DNA from: an uncultured Candidatus Saccharibacteria bacterium
GTDB taxonomy: Bacteria > Patescibacteriota > Minisyncoccia > Phycocordibacterales > CAIZLB01
DNA length: 64,000 nucleotides
Assembly (NCBI GenBank): GCA_964627085.1
Contig: CAZVIP010000002.1
Location: 4,416 to 68,415 of the forward strand
Direction of reading: 5' to 3'
The notes beneath the pieces were generated by a model. It did no database searches and was not told where the DNA came from. It saw only the letters and a program-made list of their open reading frames with translations. Of the stretch, positions 49,424 through 59,029 are shown one piece after another; position 1 is the stretch's first letter; each line of letters begins with the position of its first letter. The position numbers and the translations under genes are program-made.

Positions 49424-50395
49424 ATGATTATGACAATATTTTTACTTATTATTGGTTTTGTTTTTCTTATCAAAGGTGCAGACCTGCTTGTTGATGGATC
49501 TTCATCGGTTGCCAAACGGTTTGGAATCTCAGACTTAGTAATTGGCCTCACAGTTGTTGCATTTGGTACCTCAGCACCAGAGCTGATCGTCAATCTTGTC
49601 TCTGCCATACAAGGTAATTCAGAAATTGCAATCGGAAATATTCTGGGGAGTAATATCGCAAACATCCTCCTTATACTTGGTGTCACTGCAATAATCTTTC
49701 CACTCGCTGTCCAAAAAACAACAATATGGAAAGAGATACCTTTTGCCCTATTGGCAGTCCTCGTGCTCGGCGTTATGTCAAATGACATTCTCTTCAGTGC
49801 CCAAAGTGAATCCTTTGTTTCTCTAGGCGACGGACTAATACTTATCGGTTTATTTATAGTATTCATGTACTATATTTTTGGATCGGCAAAAAATGGAGAC
49901 AACACCGAGGACGACGAAGGTGCAGACGCAGTCAAAAGCCTAAGCACAGGAAAATCATTCTTCTATATAATTGGAGGACTTACAGCGCTGGTAATTGGTG
50001 GAAAATGGGTTGTGGATAGTGCTGTCATTCTCGCAAGCCTTGTTGGTATGAGTCAATCTGTCATCGGGCTCACAGTTGTAGCTGTAGGTACCTCGCTACC
50101 AGAATTTGCAACTTCTATCGCAGCTGCCTTTAAGAAAAAAGCTGACATCGCAATTGGAAATGTAGTCGGATCAAATATATTCAATATTTTCTTTATCCTT
50201 GGTGTAACCTCGGTCATCTCACCTCTCCCGTTTTTACCTGCAAGTAACTTTGACGTCATAGCAACAATCATCACAACAACACTCTTGTTTGCATGGATGT
50301 TTATTGGAAAAAAACACAAACTCGAGAGATGGCAAGGCGTCGTATTTGTTCTCCTTTATGTCGTATATGTCATCCTATTGCTCACACAACGATAG
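49424..50395 (+). CDS. calcium/sodium antiporter (YrbG-like)
   Basis: GTSAPE...GNILGSNI and GTSLPE...GNVVGSNI alpha repeats. Confidence 0.95.
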   Translation: MIMTIFLLIIGFVFLIKGADLLVDGSSSVAKRFGISDLVIGLTVVAFGTSAPELIVNLVSAIQGNSEIAIGNILGSNIANILLILGVTAIIFPLAVQKTTIWKEIPFALLAVLVLGVMSNDILFSAQSESFVSLGDGLILIGLFIVFMYYIFGSAKNGDNTEDDEGADAVKSLSTGKSFFYIIGGLTALVIGGKWVVDSAVILASLVGMSQSVIGLTVVAVGTSLPEFATSIAAAFKKKADIAIGNVVGSNIFNIFFILGVTSVISPLPFLPASNFDVIATIITTTLLFAWMFIGKKHKLERWQGVVFVLLYVVYVILLLTQR

Positions 50396-50421
50396 GTCAT
50401 TACATACTAAATTGGCAAACT

Positions 50422-50649
50422 CTACTCAATAAACCCACAAACATCCAACTGCAATATTCTTAGATCACGAGCTGTATTAAATTTTCTTGTATAAAAATTA
50501 CTATTTGTCTTGGTGGTTAGACAAATCATACCATCAGTGTCCTTCAATAAAATTTTGACAGTTGGTCGATCAGAGAGTTGTTTGGTCTCATGTATTTCTC
50601 TATTCGGAAATACATCCTTATGTTGGATTTCAAAATTAAGTTCGGTCAT
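50422..50649 (-). pseudogene. truncated NUDIX-like gene
   Basis: RPTVKILL.D.DG.ICL is a NUDIX-type N-terminus, but the Nudix box is missing. Confidence 0.45.
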
Positions 50650-50686
50650 ATATCTATATTGTAGCAGACATCAAGTATTAACCAGA

Positions 50687-51121
50687 CTAATTTGAAGCTT
50701 CGACCGCTTTCTTAAAATTATTCAAAATGCTTTGCCAGCCATCTTTCTGCATTTCTTCGGGGTTTTGATTTTCCGGATCAAATATTTCTGTGACCTTGAC
50801 CTTACCATCTCCTATGTCACTGAATAATACTTCGCAGGCTCGCGCTTCTGTTTCATTTATATCTTTTGACATGACATAACTTATTTTTTCAAATTCTTTG
50901 ACTTCCGTATAAGTTCCAGAAAAATCAAAAGAAAAACTCTTATCTTTCGCTGACATTCGTGTGACAAATTTTCCGCCAACAACCAAATTATTTTCAGCAT
51001 GCGGACATTCCCAGTCATCACTCGCAAATGCCCATAATGTTATTAATTCAGGTTCATTCCAAAATTTCCACGCTTTTTCTAAACTGCAGTTAACAATAAC
51101 TTCTACTTGGATTTTATTCAT
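50687..51121 (-). CDS. SRPBCC/AHSA1 domain protein
   Basis: W.FASDDW.CP, RM.AKD.S..FDF.G.Y, QKDGWQSILNNF. Confidence 0.9.
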   Translation of the reverse strand: MNKIQVEVIVNCSLEKAWKFWNEPELITLWAFASDDWECPHAENNLVVGGKFVTRMSAKDKSFSFDFSGTYTEVKEFEKISYVMSKDINETEARACEVLFSDIGDGKVKVTEIFDPENQNPEEMQKDGWQSILNNFKKAVEASN

Positions 51122-51175
51122 TATATTATTTTATATATTAATAGTGGGATAAAGGCACGTCTTTGGTGTTGTGAG

Positions 51176-51249
51176 GTGTCTTTAGACGACGATTTGTGTC
51201 CCTTGTTTTTAAGTGTCTTTAGGTACCGATTTGTGTCCCTTTTTTTATT
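51176..51249. repeat. 37-bp imperfect tandem duplication
   Basis: gtgtctttag-N4-cgatttgtgtccctt at 51176 and 51213. Confidence 0.75.
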
Positions 51250-51673
51250 TTTCGGGAGCGAATTCAATTATCCATTCAATGCCGTATTTATCTCGAAGCA
51301 TTCCACTATATGTACCCCACGGACTATCACCCATTGGACCTTCTACTGCACCGCCCGCTGATAGACCATTGAATATTCTTTCTGCCTCTTCTTTAGTCTC
51401 AGTATTTATCAAAATTTTACTTCTATTTTCATTTTCATTCACACGTCCCATGAATTCAGGCACATCGTTTGCGATGAGCATATTGTTTTTTCCTAGGGGC
51501 AAAGAGATATACATAATTTTGTCTTCCTCTTTTTCAGGAACCGTAAATTCATCACTCGCTAAATCTTTGAAGCGCACAATCTTTGTAAACTCCCCACCGA
51601 AAATTGATTTATAAAACGTAAAAGCCTCCTCCGCATTTCCATTAAAGTTGATCCAAGGGTGTATCGTTGTCAT
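51245..51673 (-). CDS. VOC family protein (PhnB-like)
   Basis: FNGNAEEAF.FY..IFG, PWG.Y.G...DKYGIEW. Confidence 0.92.
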   Translation of the reverse strand: MTTIHPWINFNGNAEEAFTFYKSIFGGEFTKIVRFKDLASDEFTVPEKEEDKIMYISLPLGKNNMLIANDVPEFMGRVNENENRSKILINTETKEEAERIFNGLSAGGAVEGPMGDSPWGTYSGMLRDKYGIEWIIEFAPEK

Positions 51674-51726
51674 GTATGTACGATATCAAATTCGAGGGGT
51701 TTGATAAAGGGGTTGTTTTTACAATT

Positions 51727-52188
51727 TTATTTCAGAGCATTAACCAAATTTTTTGACTGTTGAGCCAGCTCAAATGACTGAACATCTGTTTCAGGGATAA
51801 ATTCTTCACAAGAGTAATATTTTGCTTGCTCATTTCGCGGGGCTGTTTCATCAATTACAACTTCATACACAAGAACAAGAGCGTAAAACCATTCAATACC
51901 TCTGGTATTTTCAAACTTATGCGTCCAGGCAAACGAAGGGTTTGCTGCAACCTGCACAACTTTGTACCCAAGTTCTTCCCAGACCTCCCTTATTAGACCA
52001 GCTCTAATGTCCTCCCCAAAATCAAGTCCTCCACCTGGAAGCTCGTGCGCGCCCGATGGTTTTTTAATAAATAAAATTTTTCCATCTTTCTTATAAAACG
52101 CTTTTACAGCAACTCGATAGAAACTATCAGGAAAATCCTTTGATGCAGCAACTTTGTGTTCTTCTGGATTGGTATTACCATCTTTCAT
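51727..52188 (-). CDS. NUDIX hydrolase
   Basis: PGGGLDFGE...GLIREVWEELG. Confidence 0.9.
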   Translation of the reverse strand: MKDGNTNPEEHKVAASKDFPDSFYRVAVKAFYKKDGKILFIKKPSGAHELPGGGLDFGEDIRAGLIREVWEELGYKVVQVAANPSFAWTHKFENTRGIEWFYALVLVYEVVIDETAPRNEQAKYYSCEEFIPETDVQSFELAQQSKNLVNALK

Positions 52189-52345
52189 GTATTTATCATA
52201 GCATAATACTTATTGTGCCCGATAGAAAAGACTTTGCATGCCTTAGCTTAGAAAACCACGGGGGTATTTCTTGCTTCTTAGGACAAGCAACAATGAGGAG
52301 AGTAAAAAAGTGGCAAAATGAGTTTGAAGAGTGTGAATCTCAAAA

Positions 52346-55300
52346 CTACAACACTTTCTTTGCTAAAAGCTCATTTATCTTTAATCGTGTTTTTGGACCA
52401 ACTATTCCATATCCTTGTTCTCTTGGACTCTTGACTACACCAAATTTTAGCTGGAATTTCTGAATAGCGCCCTTGGTTGCAGGGCCGAAGAAATCTGTCT
52501 CCTTTCCTGGTGACCCTACTCCTGCCGAAGCAATCTTTAGATCAGGAAAAGCATTAAGAAGTCTTTGTATAATCTTAATTTCTGGTGAATTCTTCCCTTG
52601 TGACTGGAGACTTGTGATGACGGCTCCAGATCCGATAATATTTCCAATACCACCTTGGTTCTGTCCGTTGTTCGCAGCTGTTGGATTTTGCGGAGACACC
52701 ACAGCCTTATTACCAAATATAGCCTGTAACTCTGAACTTGAAAGAGTTGATGCAGAAACCGCACTTCGTGATCCTGGTACAGGTGTATTAACGACTGGAT
52801 CCGTAGACACACTACCTGGTAATGCAGCAGTTGTGAAAACAGCATCACTTGTTGTCGAAATATTTTGAAGAAGTCTCGAAGCGAGTATACGATAATGATA
52901 TGTAGTCGAAGGAGAAAGACCAGAAAGCGATACAGAGTGAGTAGTATGACCAGTCGAAGTAGAAACAGTGCCATATGAAGTTGTCAGACCATATGCAATT
53001 GATGATGACGCATTGATATCAGTAGTCCAATTGATAGTAGCTGTTGTTGTACTTACATCAATACTTCCTCCAGTGATCATCGGGAGAATACCGTCGACAA
53101 CCAAGTTTTTACTCGCAGCAAGATTTGTGGCCGGTGCAAAGTTCGACATACTATTTCCATTTTGGTCTGAAATAGTACCTGATATTGATAGTGTAGTCAG
53201 ATCTGCTGATGTGTCCCCTCCTTGGACCACATAGTCGCATGTCGCGGTAGTAGAATTAGATACCGTAAATACACATGTCCGATCAGTAGTACCAGTCTCA
53301 AGTGTCACTGTGACATCACCTGTCGATGTCACTGCCTCAGAAAATCCTATGTCAATATCAATTGTATCCCCAATCTTATAGGTACCATTCGTAGCACTAG
53401 ATGAGACCGTGCTAATTGTCGGGGCAGTAAAATCTGTATTTATAGTAAATGTACGAGCTGTTGATGTAGAAGTATTACCCAATGAATCAGTTACACTCAC
53501 ATACATATTGTATGTACCATCAGAAAGACCGCTAAATGTATTACGTACACCATATGAAGTAGTTCGCCATACAGACCAATAATCAGCTTCGGTTGCTACA
53601 TATAGATAATCTCCAGTACCATCCCATGTTATACCTTCTGGCATTTCAAACAAGAAGTTACTACCACTATCTGCACGGGCATAAACTTTCTTTTCTCTCA
53701 AAACAGAACACGATGATGTACTTGTAACATCGATTTCAAACATTTTATCTGCTATATGAGAAAGAACATAGAGATGATTGTTGGTAGGTTCAAAATACAA
53801 ACCAGATATGTCGGAATATCCAGGACTCGCTGGGAATAGTGATGCATCATTCAATGTAAGTGTTGCAAAATTAATATTAGTACATATTTGTGTACTAGCT
53901 GCACTGTTGGTAGAAATGTTACCTGGTACAACTTCGTACAATTTTGGAGTTCCAGGCACACCTGCACTACTCTCTTGTCCTTCTGCAGCAGCAAAGAAAT
54001 ATCCATTATTTGAATTATACGCCACACCTTCCAATCCACTATTTGTGACAGCTCCACTACTAATACCAGTTGAATAATATTTAGTTCGGTTTACAGTCGC
54101 AGCACCTGTCGAGTGAATAACAACTTGAAATACCTGATGATTCAATGTGTTGACGTCCTCAGTCGAAATCAAGAATGTATGATCATATCCTCCAACTGTA
54201 GTAGAAGCCACACTTGAAACCAATGTTATATCTTCGGCATCATTACAAGCAGAACAGGTTATTGTTCTCACATTCACACCGGCTCGCGTCACTTCATGGA
54301 TTACGTTTTGATTATTGTGAATTGTGAACAATGTATCTGTAGTTGGCACATATGCAACACCAGATAAGTCCCCGGTTATAGAAAGATTTTGTTTGTTTGT
54401 AGTTGTAGAGAGCGCAGAGATATCATAGTTACCATATCTTGTTGATGTGGTTGCTTGCGAAACAAGAGTACCACCCGATGTCTCAAGTCGAAATGTAAAA
54501 TATGAAGGCGTTATTGATGAACCAAGTGTCGTAGAAGCATACCCTGTAACAGATCCAGATGTTGTAGAAAAACCATTACCGATCATCGGACTTGTGAAGG
54601 TCATCAAGTACGACGGTGTCGTAGTCGCCTGACTAGAGGTAGTACTTTCACTGACACCATTCAAACCAGCCACTCTAAAGTTATACACAGAACTGTTTGT
54701 AAGACCTGTCACCATAGTAGTTGTTCCAGTCGACACACCATCTGCAAATGTAGTCCAAGATGAATCCGACGAGAGCTTGTATTCTATTTTATAATCCGTA
54801 ACATCTCCTGAAGAAGCAGTCCATTGTAGGTAGGCTCGATTCTCATACGGCAAAGCTGTCAATCCGGTAGGTTGACCCGGAGCAGTCGGAGCACCTGTAG
54901 TGAGGGTCAAGTTAGACGACGTTGCGATATTTCCCAAAGTATCACGAGATACGATTTGAAAATTATATGTTATTCCACCAGTAAGACCTGTCAGAACTAC
55001 ACTGTGGCTCGTTGTCGCTGCGGCCAATGATGTTGAAGCCGACCCGTAACTTGTAGTGAGTCCGTAATTGATAGATGAGGTCGCCAATTCATCTGTCGTC
55101 CATGTTATGGTCGCAGTAGTTTGTGACGTAGAAGATGCAATTGCTGATATAACAGGAGATGTTACATCTGGCTGGCTCTCTACAGTTCCGTAGGTATTAA
55201 ATGTATCTTGTCCAGAACTATATGATGCACTAATCCAATCAGCAGATCGAGCAACATTGGATACACGCAATTCATCCATTTGCCCATCTAGAAAACCATT

Positions 55301-56371
55301 ATTTAAAGCATTGTTTCGTCCAATATTGAGATTAACTGCAGTTGACTCCATACCACAAGCAGTAGTACTCGCCGTTGCCTGTACCACACCATTAACATAG
55401 AGCTTCATAGCATTTGATGTATTGTCATCCCAAGTAGCTACGACGTGATACCACCCTGCTGCAGCACTGACAACAGAATCACTTCTAATAATCGGAGAAT
55501 TTGCAGAAGGAAGTGTACACTCAATCTGGTATGTTATTTTTTCAATATTTGTTGAACCCGAAGTAGTATCAACATATACACGAAGCTCTCCATCATTAGC
55601 ACCTGATTTTACTCTTGAGAATAAATATCTATTACTCGCTGACACCGCAACGGAATCTATGTCAAACCAAAATTCAGCCGACCCATCAGGCATAGTTGTA
55701 GTTGGCCCTTCTAGCCCCTCATCAACATACTGACTTGTACCATTAAAATCTAATCCGCTACCGAATTTCCCAGTAACTGAATTTCCTGAGGCCATGGTAG
55801 ATGTAGCTGTTCCGTCCTTGTTGTTTGCAGAACTGTCTTGAAATTGCGGAGCTGATCCTGCAGGATTTTCAGACAAGTGCTGAACCATAGAATAACTAGA
55901 ATCCCAAACCCCAGTCGTAGTCGCATTACTGACAGTTGCGGGATTGTTGTAATACATATAGATATAATCGGCATCTGACGCTGCGACATTTGGCACCTTT
56001 GCCCAAATTACAGAAGTGCCAGATGTATCCCATTTTTCAATTTCATGGCTCAAAACAGTAGATCCACCCACATCAACAAATCGGACATCAGCCCCAGCAG
56101 GAAGAAAATCGGCATATGTCACACGAGAAGAATTGAGACTGACTAATATAGGAAAATCAGTGAGCGATCCACGTGCGGCATTTGAAAAAGTAATCTTGAT
56201 TCTCTTTTGCCATGCAGAGTTCCACCACGCATCATCAGCGAGCGCTGTTTTAGGTGTAAACATTCCTGAGATAGATGCAAAACATATAACAAGCAACAAG
56301 AATGCTGCGGCTAATATATTTACTGAGGAAAGGATTTTGTGTGATGGATTGGAAAGGGTTTTTTTATTCAT
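52346..56371 (-). CDS. large surface protein: DUF2341, LamG, FN3, SdiA-regulated/YjiK-like propeller, Ig-like and C-terminal peptidoglycan-binding domains
   Basis: signal peptide; WWNSAWQKR, LTDFPIL, DVRF; WYHVVATW, GQMDELRVS; WTTD/YG repeats; LSGVAY/LEGVAY/ISGLY/PEGITW; FFGPAT..AI.KFQ. Confidence 0.88.
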   Translation of the reverse strand: MNKKTLSNPSHKILSSVNILAAAFLLLVICFASISGMFTPKTALADDAWWNSAWQKRIKITFSNAARGSLTDFPILVSLNSSRVTYADFLPAGADVRFVDVGGSTVLSHEIEKWDTSGTSVIWAKVPNVAASDADYIYMYYNNPATVSNATTTGVWDSSYSMVQHLSENPAGSAPQFQDSSANNKDGTATSTMASGNSVTGKFGSGLDFNGTSQYVDEGLEGPTTTMPDGSAEFWFDIDSVAVSASNRYLFSRVKSGANDGELRVYVDTTSGSTNIEKITYQIECTLPSANSPIIRSDSVVSAAAGWYHVVATWDDNTSNAMKLYVNGVVQATASTTACGMESTAVNLNIGRNNALNNGFLDGQMDELRVSNVARSADWISASYSSGQDTFNTYGTVESQPDVTSPVISAIASSTSQTTATITWTTDELATSSINYGLTTSYGSASTSLAAATTSHSVVLTGLTGGITYNFQIVSRDTLGNIATSSNLTLTTGAPTAPGQPTGLTALPYENRAYLQWTASSGDVTDYKIEYKLSSDSSWTTFADGVSTGTTTMVTGLTNSSVYNFRVAGLNGVSESTTSSQATTTPSYLMTFTSPMIGNGFSTTSGSVTGYASTTLGSSITPSYFTFRLETSGGTLVSQATTSTRYGNYDISALSTTTNKQNLSITGDLSGVAYVPTTDTLFTIHNNQNVIHEVTRAGVNVRTITCSACNDAEDITLVSSVASTTVGGYDHTFLISTEDVNTLNHQVFQVVIHSTGAATVNRTKYYSTGISSGAVTNSGLEGVAYNSNNGYFFAAAEGQESSAGVPGTPKLYEVVPGNISTNSAASTQICTNINFATLTLNDASLFPASPGYSDISGLYFEPTNNHLYVLSHIADKMFEIDVTSTSSCSVLREKKVYARADSGSNFLFEMPEGITWDGTGDYLYVATEADYWSVWRTTSYGVRNTFSGLSDGTYNMYVSVTDSLGNTSTSTARTFTINTDFTAPTISTVSSSATNGTYKIGDTIDIDIGFSEAVTSTGDVTVTLETGTTDRTCVFTVSNSTTATCDYVVQGGDTSADLTTLSISGTISDQNGNSMSNFAPATNLAASKNLVVDGILPMITGGSIDVSTTTATINWTTDINASSSIAYGLTTSYGTVSTSTGHTTHSVSLSGLSPSTTYHYRILASRLLQNISTTSDAVFTTAALPGSVSTDPVVNTPVPGSRSAVSASTLSSSELQAIFGNKAVVSPQNPTAANNGQNQGGIGNIIGSGAVITSLQSQGKNSPEIKIIQRLLNAFPDLKIASAGVGSPGKETDFFGPATKGAIQKFQLKFGVVKSPREQGYGIVGPKTRLKINELLAKKVL

Positions 56372-56547
56372 ATATTATATATAGCGAACTAGCCGAATAT
56401 TCACTCAATTCTAGCATTTTTTGACTTATATTTCCATTTCGTTTTCCCCTATCATAGAATCGAAGCAAGAGATGGATATACGTAGTTGTATGGACACAAC
56501 CTCGCAAGCAGCTCGCGTAAAGTGAATTATTCAATTTTAAAACCAAG

Positions 56548-57138
56548 CTATATATTTAAAGGCGAAAACAACTCCTTCAGTACCTTGTATTTTTCAGTGT
56601 CCAGTAGTGCCTCATACAAATCTGGAATGATTTCTTTTTCCATGAACTTTTCATTACGACCTATCTGCAAGAACTCATCGAAAGTGACAGGTTTTAGAGA
56701 TATTCTTTCCCCGCCATCTAATTCTTGATCTTTAACTTTTGTACACCCTTTTGCGATAAAGAAATATACCACCCAATCAATTTTTGATGCAGGATGCATT
56801 GCTTTCCATAAAATATATTCGGTAGCTTCATAGCCTGTTTCTTCGAGGAATTCTCGTTTTGCAGATTCGAGGACGTCTTCTCCTTCTTCCATACGACCTC
56901 CGCATGCGCCGATAAAGGGATCCTTACCCGGCTGTTCCTGTTCAGTCAGAAGAATTGTCCCATTGTCCAAAACCGGAAAAACGACAACTGTATCTGGTCT
57001 TTTTAATTTTTCAAAAACCTTGGTACTACCATCATACATAGGCTGTTCCCATTGGTAGATGTCAAATATTTTTCCTTTAAATACTTTTTCTGCATTCTCA
57101 GGTGACCTTTGTGTTGATTCCGGGCGTTCAATTTTCAT
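56548..57138 (-). CDS. NUDIX hydrolase (ADP-ribose pyrophosphatase-like)
   Basis: VF.GKIF, GGRMEEGE...SAKREFLEETG. Confidence 0.9.
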   Translation of the reverse strand: MKIERPESTQRSPENAEKVFKGKIFDIYQWEQPMYDGSTKVFEKLKRPDTVVVFPVLDNGTILLTEQEQPGKDPFIGACGGRMEEGEDVLESAKREFLEETGYEATEYILWKAMHPASKIDWVVYFFIAKGCTKVKDQELDGGERISLKPVTFDEFLQIGRNEKFMEKEIIPDLYEALLDTEKYKVLKELFSPLNI

Positions 57139-57221
57139 CCCTAGATTATATCAAATACCCTAAACTTACATAAGATGGACCAAAACCTGACCACAACTAC
57201 TTACATTCATGTCTGTACTCA

Positions 57222-57431
57222 CTATTTCGTACTTATAAAACCAAAATAGAAAGTTGTAATAAATAATGCAAAATGAACAAATCCTCTATATAACAAAAAA
57301 TCTGGCGTCATAGTTTCAAATCCAAAGAAAAGAAAAGGGACACTTATATCAAGCCATGAAAAATACCAACTCGCTCCAGCTGTTACAAAAAATGCACCTG
57401 ATAAAAATTTAGAAACGTTTTTGTATATCAT
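57222..57431 (-). CDS. small 2-TM membrane protein
   Basis: 69-aa hydrophobic ORF between two att-like motifs. Confidence 0.6.
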   Translation of the reverse strand: MIYKNVSKFLSGAFFVTAGASWYFSWLDISVPFLFFGFETMTPDFLLYRGFVHFALFITTFYFGFISTK

Positions 57432-57480
57432 GTTTATGCTTTATAGAGTACATCAAAGGTTAGGGCTTCTATTAAGGTAA

Positions 57481-57549
57481 AAAACACCTCACTTGCGCTT
57501 GGTGCTTTTTCTTATTTCTATACTTCGAGCTCAGGACAACACCCGAACC
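57481..57549 (+). repeat. hairpin remnant plus att-like motif (reads ILRAQDNTRT at 57520-57549)
   Basis: 57499-57521 is identical (23 bp) to 60038-60060. Confidence 0.75.
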
Positions 57550-57562
57550 TGTATCATACACA

Positions 57563-57967
57563 CTAAGACAAAATAGTTTTTTCTTCTTTAATTACATATC
57601 CTTGGGTCGCTTCAACAAATTTAGGCTCACTAAGCATTTCTACAACTTTGTCGCTCGCAGAATATTTCAAAAGTTCGTTCGAATATTGAGGAGGTACACC
57701 TCTTGCGCACGAAAGTGTGATGTGAGGGAATTCATTTTCAGATTCAGAATTTTCAACCATCAAGACATCGCATTTTGCGTCGTAAGTTCTGCCCACTATC
57801 TTAAGTAAGACTTTCTCTCCAACCCTCAAACCACTCAGCGAGTCTGGTTTATATTTAATTGTTAAATGATGGCCGTATAAATTCTTATGTTTTGGAGGAA
57901 ACACAGAGAATAATTTATTTGGTTCGTCTATAAAATACCCAGTATAGTAGATGTTTGAGGCACTCAT
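57563..57967 (-). CDS. 2H phosphoesterase-like protein
   Basis: two HxT motifs, HHLTI and PHITL. Confidence 0.72.
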   Translation of the reverse strand: MSASNIYYTGYFIDEPNKLFSVFPPKHKNLYGHHLTIKYKPDSLSGLRVGEKVLLKIVGRTYDAKCDVLMVENSESENEFPHITLSCARGVPPQYSNELLKYSASDKVVEMLSEPKFVEATQGYVIKEEKTILS

Positions 57968-58053
57968 TGAGATAAATTATATCAAGAAGCGGGGTTGGGT
58001 TCAAACTTCTATTGGGATAATAAAAAATACCTTTACAAGATAGGGGTACCTTA

Positions 58054-58083
58054 CTGCTCCGAGAGTTAAATGATGTTAGAACC
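58054..58083 (+). repeat. att-like motif (reads LLRELNDVRT)
   Basis: ctgctccgagagttaaatgatgttagaacc, close match to 58933-58962. Confidence 0.78.
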
Positions 58084-58173
58084 AATTTGTGTTTAGCATG
58101 AAAAACAAAACTCCGCCCACATAGCAGACAGAGTTTGCTTGAGATGAGCGGAGAAAAGAATCTTGGTTGAGTT

Positions 58174-58686
58174 TTAGATGTGAAAAGAGAGAAAGAGTTC
58201 ATCTTCACCTAACCACTCACTCCTAGCCCACCCAATGTGGGAACACCATTCTCTGGTTCCACTTAACATACCTAGACTGGGCATGTGCACGTCCCCTTGA
58301 TGATTTGGCAGGCTTTCCAATAAGTCACAGGTAACGATTGGTAGCTCAGGAAGAGCCTCCCTCATTTCGTTATTCATCCAGACCAGGATGAGCCCCCTGA
58401 CTCCAGGGAAAACATTTTTTTCAAGAGTTTTCAGATACTCAATCCGATCTCTCATGAAATGCATTGGTTCAGTGGAAGTTTTTTGATGAATCCTGACTTC
58501 AATTGACATACCTGGTTCCATTATAAAACTTTGGCAAGCAAAATTCTGATCGCTCCAGTGCTGACTGAGAGGCCTGGAAAATCTATGGCCATAAGTAGAT
58601 CGAAACGAGTCGACACATCTATTGCCAACGTAACCCGCAGGGACCCTGAGTGTCCCTAAGGACTTGGTGCTATAATACTTATTCAT
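58174..58686 (-). CDS. hypothetical protein
   Basis: 170-aa ORF with its own promoter at about 58725-58733. Confidence 0.7.
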   Translation of the reverse strand: MNKYYSTKSLGTLRVPAGYVGNRCVDSFRSTYGHRFSRPLSQHWSDQNFACQSFIMEPGMSIEVRIHQKTSTEPMHFMRDRIEYLKTLEKNVFPGVRGLILVWMNNEMREALPELPIVTCDLLESLPNHQGDVHMPSLGMLSGTREWCSHIGWARSEWLGEDELFLSFHI

Positions 58687-58748
58687 GATGTTTTGGGTGG
58701 TTGAAATAAAAAGAACGTGACGTATTTATACCACGTTCTTTTTGATTT

Positions 58749-58962
58749 GTCGAACCCCAGTAGGGATCGGTCACAGGTTCTTTTTGCTACGCAAAAAGCC
58801 CTGCCACCCCGCCTCCTCGTTTTGCTTCGTCGCTTTGCTCCTCACTGCAAAACTTCGTCCGGCTTTCTCACCCATTCGGTAGATTAGGCAAAAGAAAAAA
58901 GCCGAGCACTGTGTGCTGGCTTTTTTCTTTTGCTGCTCCGGGTGTTGGATTATGTTAGAACC
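58749..58962 (+). repeat. structured element, 16-bp hairpin and att-like motif (reads LLRVLDYVRT at 58933-58962)
   Basis: stems ctttttgc/gcaaaaag and gttttgc/gcaaaac; gcaaaagaaaaaagcc/ggcttttttcttttgc at 58888-58933. Confidence 0.78.
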
Positions 58963-59029
58963 ATATTACAACATATCCACTGAAATATTTAATATTGATT
59001 ACAGAATGAAGGGTGATAAAATTTTACTA

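Noticed and set aside
26180-56384. Long antisense ORFs (e.g. 26180..26608, 27201..27671, 31642..32343, 35081..35644, 49387..49866, 52473..52868)
   Set aside because: Shadow frames of well-supported genes on the opposite strand
58933-58962. dif/XerCD site (TTATGTTAGA resembles the XerD arm)
   Set aside because: No matching XerC arm at the right spacing, and the other copies do not conserve TTATGTTA; the recombinase-tail motif explains it better
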